Source of the DNA: Vermamoeba vermiformis
Taxonomy: Eukaryota
Assembly: GCA_045837725.1 (NCBI GenBank)
Contig: JBEWZL010000276.1
Location: forward strand, 434,001 to 498,000
Direction: 5' to 3'
Length of the DNA: 64,000 nucleotides
Part shown: positions 37,452 to 47,737 of the stretch, in pieces
How positions within the stretch are numbered: position 1 is the first letter of the stretch
How the letters are laid out: each line of letters begins with the position of its first letter
Made by a program: the position numbers and the translations under genes
Notes under the pieces: model-generated
What the model saw: only the letters and a program-made list of their open reading frames with translations
Told to the model about the DNA's origin: nothing
Databases searched by the model: none

Positions 37452-40400
37452 TCAGAACAAAGTGACAAGAGCCATGACACCCATGAAGAACAAAGAGCTC
37501 GACAAAGAGACACCAGATGAGACCGGCTTGTTGTCAGTAGTACCAGGATTGGCAGCGACAGGGGTTTGTTGCTGTTGTTGGGGTGGCTGTTGCGGCGCTG
37601 AAGGTGTGGGACCTGCAACTTGCACTTGAGCGGTGAACTGTGAGCCTTGATTTGACACTGCGCCTTGCAAGATCATTCTCTTCTTGAACGGTGGAGTAAT
37701 AGGGGCGGAGGTAGGTTGTGCGCTGATGGGTTGCACAGTTGGTGCAGAAGCGACAGTCGGAGTGGCAGTAGGCGCGGCTGTTGGCGTACCACCAGGGTAG
37801 GGCTGGGCGCTAGTGGGTTGATAGGCGTAGGGCATGGTGGGGGCGGAAGGAGGCGTGGCTGATGGCGTACCACCAGGGTAGGGCTGGGCGCTCGTGGGCT
37901 GATAGGAGTAGGGCATGGTAGTTGGCGCGCCAACGGGAGCATTTGCAACGTACCACTCGACGTCAACGACAGCGACAAAGTTGTAGACGCCATTCTGACC
38001 TTGATACAGCTTGAACAAGGTGCTGTTGTCACCTGAGTTGGGTGTGCTGACACTGACGTCGAGACCGAACCACGCTTGTGACGAGCCTTGCGTGCCTGTG
38101 GTGAAGTTGTTGGCGAGGGCAATGTATGAGAGCGACGTGTTGTACGACAAGTACTGGTAGTTGACATTGGGTCCGTAGTAGTACACTGACTCGATGGACA
38201 CTCGAGACAAGCTGACACGTGACGAGAATGCGCTGACCAAGAAGTACGCGGATCTGAAGACCACCAGTTAGTACACGAGTGCTGTTAAGCATGACGAGCT
38301 CTTACTGTCCAGGGTAGAATGCCAAAGCAGGGTTCGTGAAGTTTTGATCGGTGTATGCTTGAATGTAGCCGTTGAGATCAATGTCTACCGACACTTCACC
38401 GCACAAGCTTTGTGACACGATGCGCGACTCGATGTAGACTTGAGTGCCGTTCTTGGCCTCATCAGGACAGCCTTGGTCAGTTCGGCAGCTGAGGGACACA
38501 ACCATGCGGTACACACCGGAGATCGAGCAGCTAGTCGTGTTCAAGTGCACTTCGAGACGTTGAACGCAAGGACCAACGCCACTGCAGTTCACGTTCACGA
38601 CTTCAATCCACGCGTTCACTCCGTACGGCAAGTCGACGAGTTGCACTGTTTCGATTTGCAAAGGATACTGCACGGCAGAGACGTATTGGAGGTTACCAGA
38701 TTGCGACTCAGTGCTCACTGTTTGACCTACAAATGCTGCGTCAATAGCAAGACTGGCAGGACCAAACACTTGCACGGATGATTGGATCTGACGAGATATT
38801 AGTAAGGGCAATGACACGTGCGAACCACTGTACTTACAGCGAGAGTCTTTGGCATGCGAATAGAGATGGGCATGGGCGTGTCAATCACTCTGTCGTACGT
38901 TGTGCCTGCAACTGTCACGCGATCGATTTGTTTCACGTGAACGGTGCCCTTGTAGACATCTTCGCTAAATGTGGATGTTTTGACGAAGCCGCAGTCAGTG
39001 AACGGCACATTCACGTCGATTCTGTCTTGACAGCCGTCATTGTACTTTTGATAGTATTGCGGACTGTTAATGAAACTGCATTGCGGGTTTGGAAGTTCAA
39101 TAAGTGTGCGACGGTTGGCAACAATGTTGGAGTAGACACTGAAGTACAACTGATTGCCGTACACTTGAGTGTTCCAGTAGGGAATGTACGGCACGTAGTC
39201 GTTGCTCAGCGGATCAGTTTGGTTTGCGAAGCAGTAGTAGGGAGCTGCATTGTTGCACTTGTAAGGTGAGTAGTTATCGGTGGAGTAGCTTTGAGAAGTA
39301 ACATTAGCACGGACTCGCATGTGTATGACGGACTTACCCTGAGTAGCAGTTGCAAACGCCGTTACTCTCAACATAGCCGTTAACGCAGACGGGTCCAATA
39401 GGGCCTGGCAACGTTTTCTCATCAACATAGATGAACATGTTCTCTGCAGAGCCAAAGAGGTAGATAGTGGTGGCAGCACCCGGGTTCAGGTAGAATCCTG
39501 AGGCTGCTACTAAAAAATTAATGCATGTTGTGATATTGGAAAACAGCAAAGTCCACTTACCAGATCATGGTTTCCCTCGTTTGAAATATAGATTTCACCG
39601 TAGCCAGCTGGATATTGTTCAATGAACTCTTCGTTCCAAAGTTCACCGTAGTAGGAATTCCAGATCGGAATTACCGATGGCTTGGTAGGAGCAGTTGAAT
39701 ATAAGTCTAACCGGGAACTGTAAATCGAATGTGAGTCAACAGAATTATCTGGGACCTTTACAACCTTACCATTATTCACAATGCGCAGGTAGCTGGCGGT
39801 TTGATTGTAACTTTTGAGGCACATCTCGGAGCATCTTAAAGCCATAATGGCCGTTGAAATAGCACAGTGTAGTTCACGCTATCTTGTACGTAGAAGCTTG
39901 AAGAGGTGTACGAGTTGCCCAAAGCGTCACGAACTTCCATGTTGAGGTAATTGTTTAGGCCTTCGTACACGCTAGATATAGTCGCCAATCGGAGTAAGCA
40001 CTGACATTGTAGCGAGGATAGCCATTTTGATCGTAGATTGTTAGCGTTAAGGAGTCGCCAATTTGGTAGGTGTTAATGAACTTGATGAGGGCGACTGATC
40101 TTGGAGGGGAAGTGGGCGGAAGTAGGAGTAAAAGGCAACGGTTCGAAATAGGGTGTTGAACCAACAGGTGGTGCAGTGCCTATGCTATTGGTTACTACGT
40201 TGTAGCCAAACTGAGCAGAAGCTCCATAGTCTCCGCGAATGTACACGACTGTGTTAAGTTCATGAAGGGGGACCAAGAAAGTATCTGTCGTTTGTGTGTC
40301 AATGAGAGTTGGTATTACTAGTTTGTCTTGACTTACAGTTGAAGTCAGTGAAGTGGACAGTGAAAGTGATGTTGCTTCCATTCATTCCCATAAAACCAGT

Positions 40401-41008
40401 GTCACCGCCGTAAGGGACAGACCAGCTGTCACCTCTGTCGCTAGTTATCCATAAGTCGCTACTTTGGTATGTCGATACTGCAATGAGTTAAGTTAGTTAC
40501 AACTGCAAGGGGCTCTACTTCCCAGCACATACCGGCAACGTTGACAATTTTGAGCGATGAAAACCAATTACCGCTAACTTCGGTGAAATAGAGCAGTTGT
40601 GGGGGAACATTGGCAGTAGGCTCGCCCACGTCCTCGGTGCGATCTACGTAGACCAAGGAATAACTTTGGTATGGTTGCAACGTTGTTACGATCCAAACCT
40701 CTGCCAAGGCTACGATGGGGACATTAAAGTTGTCTTTGTCGTAAGCATAAAAGGTAATATTGGTATAAAATGGCATCGAAGCAGTAGGCAATTCAACGTA
40801 GTTCGAAACCGGGAACGTAGGATCGGGCACAGAAAATCTTCCCAATACTGCCGTTGTGGTAGTTAATATTGTAAGGGTCCGTAGTAATGTCGACTGTTTG
40901 GCTGCTGGAGAAACGAGCATTCATGAAGCGAAGTTGGGCCCATTGGCCGTGAACGGCAATAGCGCCGAATATGACGCAGAATAAAAGCGCCAACAATTTG
41001 TGTTGCAT
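37452..41008 (-). CDS. Large secreted, probably GPI-anchored surface protein (DUF4397-like repeats, EGF, ZP-module-like region); 5' half interrupted by several indels
   Basis: Signal peptide MQHKLLALLFCVIFGAIAVHG. Repeats start AQLRFMNA, ALIKFIN and SYLRIVNN. Then an EGF-like CVNGYVESNGVCNCYSGY..C, a beta-rich Cys region, a Pro/Thr linker, KKR, and the C-terminus SSGVSLSSSLFFMGVMALVTLF*. Confidence 0.7.
37782..37919 (-). repeat. Two-copy coding direct repeat, period 81 bp (TMPYxYQPTSAQPYPGGTP)
   Basis: tggcgtaccaccagggtagggctgggcgct...ggcatggt occurs at 37782 and 37863. Confidence 0.9.
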
Positions 41009-41337
41009 TGTTGATACGCGATTGATTGAATCAACTAAATAAATAAAATATGAAATCGAAGGCACAAGAGAAGAATTGGTGACAAGACGTCAAAAACATA
41101 CCGGCCAATCACGGAGCTTTGAAACTGGAGCGCACGTGCTTTCGAACATAATCACGTGCTTTCAGACCAAAAATCTCTCGTCAAAATGACACCTCGGAAG
41201 AAGCTACGATAAGTTGGGACGCCCACAAATCCTGGAACTTGATTGGTATTAATATCGCAAAGAGTTGTTTACTGATTTTCTCTTCAAAATTTTCGCAAAT
41301 AGAGACCGATTTAGATCTCTTTTCAAGGATCTTTCTC

Positions 41338-44319
41338 TTATGAGATCCAAACATCACGTTGGTAACGCTCGCTCTTGTCCAAATCATCCATGTACTTCTC
41401 GGCTTGCTCAGTAGTCATGTTGCCGAACTTTGAAGCGATTTCAATTAAGGCTTTGTGTACGTCTCCGGCCATCTGGCTCGCGTCACCGCAAACGTAGAAG
41501 TGTGCTCCTTTCTGCATCAAAAATCGTTAGAAAAATATTTAGGCACGAGTAAAATCGTACCTGAAGCAAGTCCCAGACCATTTCTGAGTCTTCACGGAGC
41601 AGATCTTGCACGTAAACTTTCTTGGCTTGATCTCGTGAGAAAGCAGTGCGCAAAACGATCTGCTTGTCCTCGGCATACTTGGCTAAACAGATCGATGTTA
41701 GTATTCGTACAATATTAATTTGGCATTACGTACTGAGCTCATCAGCGTACAGGAAGTCGCGAGATTTGTTTCTGCATCCAAAGTACAAAACAGTCTGGCC
41801 AGTGGCTTGAGTGATGATGCGCTCGCGAATGAATGAGCGGAATGGAGCAATACCAGTACCAGGACCCACCATAATAATGGGAGTGCTGCTGTCCTTGGGC
41901 AAACGGAAGTACGGATTCGCGTTGATGTAAACGGGAACTTTCTCGCTAATTAAAAGTATTAATATTATGTTATTGTGAATATGATAGCGATAGTTATCTT
42001 ACCCAATCTTGACGCGATCTTGAACAAAAGTTGAGCAGATGCCAACACGATCGGTGTTCAGGGTGTTGTAACGAACAATAGCGATAGTGACACTAACTCT
42101 CTTAGGATCCTATAGTAATACGATCATATTAGCAAGCATGTCCTAGTCAAGAGTGCGGATTCAATTGTACGTACGACGGATTGAGTCGAAGAAATAGAGT
42201 AGTAACGAGGCAAAAGAGCCTTTAAGCGAGACAAAAATCCAGAAGGAGAGAGCTTAACGCTGCGGAACTCTCTCAATACGTCGAGCACTTCGCGTTCCTT
42301 GATGTAAGCAGCCAAATCCGGATTCTCAACCAAGCTCTGAAAAATAAATGAGTAATCGAGTAATATTGTTAAATATGAACTCATACCTTGCCCTTAGAGA
42401 ACAATTTGCTCAATTTGGTGATTTCATTCTTATCCGAGGCTTGGATCTGGAACATCTTCAACAATTCGACCTTGATGCTCTTCAAGTCGTAAGCCTTCAA
42501 CAATGCCTCGCGCAAGGGCATCTCCTCGTCTTCCTATAATATTATAATAAGTTAGCATTGCTATTCTGAGATTAGAGCCAGATACAAAGCAAGATCTGAT
42601 TGCTGGTCATTTGACTCGTTTGATGAACTGCCTACCTCCTTCTCTTTGTAGAACCACTTAGGAATTTGAACGAGTTCGTTGCCGCTGAATTCCAAGAGCT
42701 TGAGGATCGCATCTACAACTGTAGCCGGATTTGAGGGCAGAATGCCGAGAGCATCACCAGGCAAATAAGTGATGCCACTTTCTCCGAGATCAAATTCAAT
42801 ATGAGTAGTCTCCTTATCTACCTTAGGATCTTCAAACACTGAGAGCGGGTATTTGACCTGCAGATCCAGTTAGCAATAAGTTTAGCATTAGGTCTGCGTC
42901 ATTTGAATGACTCGAGTCATTTAATAAATTATGCTGCAGTCTGATCGTGCGGAATAGTAATACTTACAGCCATCTCAGCGAAGTAAGGTCTGTTTCTGTT
43001 CCAAGCAGATGTGCTAGAAGACTCGCCGTCTCCGAGTTTCTCCCAAAGATAATCTTCAGAGACCTTCATAGACTTGAACTCGTGGGCACGTTCGCTGGCT
43101 TTGTTCAATATATTCTCGATCCAGCCACTCACTGAAGTGTCGTCTTCTTGATCAATGTCGACGCGCTTGTACAATCGCTTGCAGCCCAAAGCTTCGAATC
43201 TGAATACACGTAAATATTAATACTCGTTATGTAGTACTAATAATCGATAGTAAGGTTGCCTTTAGATGTCTAGTTCAGGTTATTTGTAGCGAGATCCAGC
43301 GTGGAACCAGCGTTTTAATTTTGATCAAAGTGGCATAAAATATTAATACGTACCTGGCATCGAATTGTTTGCCGCAGCGGCAGAAATGAGGGTAGTTGGA
43401 GTCGCCCAAAGCAAGCACTGAATAGACTTTGTTTTGCCATTGAGGACCAGGCTGGCTCTTAATATGCAAATAGTCGTGAAGCTCCTTAGCAGAAGTAGGA
43501 GGAACACCTATTAGCGTAAATATCGTTAATACAACGGTTTTACCAGAGATCTGATCGGTGCAGAAGTTTTTACGACAAACAAAGCATTCGTCGGAGTATT
43601 TAAGGTAATATAATTGGATAATGCGTACCATCTCCTTGAGTAGAGCAAATTAAGAAGATCATTTGTTCCTTTGAGAAGTCTACAACGTGGTACTCCTCAG
43701 TGCTCACGATGCGCGGCGTGACTTCAGGGATCTGACGCAATTTAGTGACTAAAGTCTCTGCAATTTCCTTGCTATAATATTAAGATGTTAGAGCAATACA
43801 TTTGAATTACTTTCATACTGTAACGGCTCGATCCGTATAGATCCGCATAATTCTTAGACGAATAATTAAATCAAATAAATCGAACGAGGCCACAGTCTCG
43901 ATAGCATAATATTGGGCAAATAATTATAATTCAAAAATAACACATAATACGCATAAGAAAGATTTCTAACGGATCATCTGGTGCTAAATTAAAACCAAAA
44001 TACAATGTCTTAATTACCTGTAGCCGAATTCAGTGCCATACAAAACCAACACGGGAACTCCTTGTTTATCGCCATCGGGTCGTTTCTGCTCGAATTTGGC
44101 TCTGGATTTGGGCTTTTCGGGTGCAACCTTGTCACCGCCAGTCTTCGCCAAATAATTGTCCAAACTGAACTGCAATTGGCCGTTGGTGTTGCCAGCGTCG
44201 GTCTGCTCGCCCTTAGTCAAAATTTTGTAAGTTGCGTACAGGGCGCCCGATCCCGCCAAGACGAGCAATGCACGGTACGGGATGCGACCGGATTTGACTA
44301 AATCGGTGACTTTTTGCAT
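41338..44319 (-). CDS. Diflavin reductase (NADPH-cytochrome P450 reductase / CysJ-like) with an N-terminal membrane anchor
   Basis: TM ALLVLAGSGALYATYKIL. Flavodoxin motifs VLYGTEFG, STQGDG and LGDSNYPHFC. FAD/NADPH motifs PRYYSISS, GICSTF, MVGPGTGIAPFRSF, YFGCR, YVCGDA and RYQRDVW. Confidence 0.92.
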
Positions 44320-44714
44320 GTTGTATGTCAGAAACTAGGTGTGGTGTGCTCTAGGACTATTTTGAGGACGAAAGAGCAAAAACCTGATCAACACAAAAAT
44401 ATCAACGGCAAAATTATTCGTTTGTGTCCGAATCGAATCGTAAACGACAACGAATACGCACTTTGTGTTTTTGATACGTTAATTCACTTAATAATGGAGA
44501 TAATCGGTTTCAGCGCGTGCTAAAAAAGCGAATCTTGGTTGGGTTAGTTTGCCTAGCTCCTTTTTATTTGCTGCTACCATTTTTTCCTTATTTTTATACA
44601 ATTTTCGGTCGGAAACTAATTACAAGTCAAATAACATTAAATAAATTACAATTGAAAAATATTCTGTTCTGCTCCTTCATTCCAAAGCTCGAAGAATGCA
44701 GCTGCGATATTATA

Positions 44715-45868
44715 TTACACTGTTTTGCAGAGAGAAGCCTTCAATTTTTGTAACTTTTTCATGGGATTCTTCTTTTTCTTTTGTGCTTTTTGAGCAGCTG
44801 CGTCGTCTGGATTCTCATCTTGCCTAATCTCACGAGCGATAGCAAAGAACGCTTCGTCAATATTCTTTCGTGTCTTAGCACTCGTTTCTAGGCGTCAATC
44901 AGTTAATACCATCGTTAATCAACTACGAACACAAGAAATTTACCAAAAAAGGGGACGCGCCACTCTTTTGCCAGATCTTCGCCTTCTTGTGTCGAGACTT
45001 GACGGTCTGAAATGTCTAAATCGCATTTGTTACCAATAAGCACGAGCGGTACGTGGTCTACTTCTTTGACTCTACGAGTTAGAAGCGTTAGAAAAGTTTT
45101 GACAGATTGGCGACCAGATTCCTATTCAATTTCGGTTGTTCGTTGCGTGTTTGGCAATACATACTTCATAACTGTATTATAGAACTTGGTTTTGAGCTCA
45201 TCGAATGAAGTGCGATTGTTTACGGCGTAAACTAAGATAAAGCCCTTTCCGGCCCGAATGTACTGATGCAGCATTGCAGACTGGAAAATTGTTTAGTATC
45301 GTGTCCATATATTAATATTTGCATGTTATAATGAATAAACAAGCAATAGAAAGCAAATTTCTCCATTGTTCTGTCAGATTAAGACCACCAGTGTCACGCT
45401 TCACAAAAAATAGACTTACATATTCTTCTTGACCTGCTGTATCTAATATTTCCAATACACAACATTGCTCGTCGATACAGACTGTATATTTGATTAGCTT
45501 GATGCGTTAAAGAGAATTGGATGAAATATTCAGAAATCCGGCTGACTTTCGATAAAATACTAACCTTGCTTTCTGTACGAATCTTCAATCGTGGGATCGT
45601 AGCTGATGTAATAATAAAGCGGGATTAGCAATGGAATAATTTACAATTCCAAAACATAAAGATTATTGACATAGATTTAGTCTTTCATATTTCACCGTTG
45701 GCTTACCTTTCCACAAAAACGGCTGAAATAAATTGAATTGACACAGCAGACTTGCCTAAACATTAATACGTATTAATTCTCGTTGGTTTCCTCGTAAATA
45801 AGTCGAGATCGACTGGAGTGTCATTTACCAACGGCACCGCTGCCCAACATGACCACTTTGTAATCCAT
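44715..45868 (-). CDS. Ras-family small GTPase
   Basis: Not in the ORF track because the exons are short. MDYKVVMLGSGAVGKS, YDPTIEDSYRKQ, ILDTAGQEEY, GNKCD, ETSAK, a polybasic tail and CaaX CKTV*. Confidence 0.93.
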
Positions 45869-46309
45869 TATTATTTATACAGCTGTTATACTATAATACT
45901 CTCGTCTTCGAAGCGCAACACAAAATAGAATGGATATTTTGACAGAATCAACCAGCGCAATTTTTCAACAGCAAAAATAGATCTAGCCCGAACAACCAAT
46001 CGAATGCTTTTTATTTTTAATTCAATTTTGCAACATCATTGCAAAGTAATTTCAAAGGGTAGGTGTCACCTGGTACCCCACGAAAGTGAATCAATCTACT
46101 CTATGCGGATGTGGTTCGGCAACTTTCGATTGTTTTTAAGGCGGATACCAGCCGTCATGTATAATATTATTAAACCTGTATTTATATTTAACATATTTAT
46201 ATTCGTATTTACATTCAATTCATAGGCTGCGCTGTGTTTCAGACTTCGCTTACTTTGCTGAGCGGGCCGATGACACTTAAATTAGAAAATCATCTTCTTC
46301 GGAGTATTA

Positions 46310-46929
46310 TTAGGCCTCGAACTGCTTGTTATAATAAGGCTTGTCTGCTGCCTCGCTCACGGTCGATTCTTCTTCGGATGGGATCGGTACACGGGCATCG
46401 GCTCCCGCTGATTCCTCTGGCGGAGACGCGGGCGGAACGAATTCCTTTGCATCGATCTCAATCTTGTTCTCGTCGCGTAATTTAGGCGAATAACCAGTCG
46501 TTGGCAACTGCGGTGCTCTTGTTGGTCGAAATAGCGCCTGCTGCGGGGGATTTTCTTGTTGTCCTTCCATTTGACCGAGCGCTTGATTTCTCTGTCTTCG
46601 CATTGCACCTCGGTGTTGCTATATATATCGTAATATTAATAAAGTCCTTAGAAACAGTTTATCGGAAAGTCGGTACGGATCCTTCTTCAATTTCAAAAAA
46701 TTGATAATAATTATTAATAATGTTAACGAGTTTGATTACATACCACAGCAATAATTACAATCCATAGCAGGCCAATTAAGCCAATAATTCCGATGCCAAT
46801 GAGCTCGATCCACAAAACTGGCGTGGTCCAACTTGCAGCGGTAAATATGATAACTATCATTGCTATTGTTGCCGCTCCGACTATAGACGAGCCGATTGCT
46901 ATCTTCGCTGTATTATTCCAGCACGGCAT
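46310..46929 (-). CDS. Small two-TM protein with a disordered tail containing a PAM2-like motif
   Basis: Exon 1 is hydrophobic (..IIGLIGLLWIVIIAV|gtatgt) and splices in phase 0 to QHRGAMRRQRNQ..KIEIDAKEFVPP..YYNKQFEA*. Confidence 0.6.
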
Positions 46930-47500
46930 GTTATTTACCAAAAAATATTTTAATTATTTCGCTGCTGGATGTAGCGATTTAATTTTAAAAAAATAATCGT
47001 GGTGTTAAAGATCACTTGAATTATTCACTAATGAATCTGTTTTGATTGATTTTCCAAATTATCCAAAATAAATCTGTTTTCTACGAGCTTTCATTGATAA
47101 TTTGGGCGATTAAAGCCTTTTTTAGATGACCGGTATCGATGGTTCTCGTGTGGCCTTATTAATGGTGTAATTACCATGTTTCCGGTCAATGAAACGGCAT
47201 GTTTGTCCTGATCTCCGCAACTACTATTCGCTGTGCTTATAACTCACGATAACTTCATGGTTGTTTGTATCGTGCATCACTTTAAAAGAGTGATTTATGG
47301 TTGGCTAGCCTGGTCGCAACAAACAATTAATGAGCCAATTTTTGTTTCGAAACCAGGCCAAACACCAGGGCACGCAGGAAAAAATTCAATAGCTGCAGTG
47401 CAGTGGCAAGTTTGTCACGTTTGATTGCACATCGTTGCAAATTCAACGAACACTCGTGTCTACCTAGCCAAAGAAGCTGGCAAAGAATCGGAGTTGTTAC

Positions 47501-47550
47501 CTTCCTCTCGCTTTGTATCGGCCTTGCGTTCTTGGGCTTGCTTGCTCTGC
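47501..47550 (+). repeat. Orphan 50-bp fragment of the MFS transporter coding sequence (matches 15660..15709)
   Basis: cttcctctcgctttgtatcggccttgcgttcttgggcttgcttgctctgc compared with cttcctctcgcttagtatcggtcttgcgttcttgggcttgattggtctgc: 46 of 50 identical by manual count. Confidence 0.85.
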
Positions 47551-47737
47551 AACGCTCCTAAATATGACACGAGTATCTTTGTTTGAAATGTGAACCGCTC
47601 AACGAGGAGTTTTCACCCCGTATCTTCATGCTATAATTAGCCGAATAGGATCTGAAACTATCGCAACAGAAACGCGTGCCAGTGGTACCATATAATTAAC
47701 TAGAGTTACTTACATCAACTAGCGTTTATTTAACAAA

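Noticed and set aside
38660-38668. GTATCCTTT on the minus strand (U12 donor-like); similar hits at about 19331 and 18561
   Set aside because: These lie within open coding exons or antisense to them, with no matching branch site.
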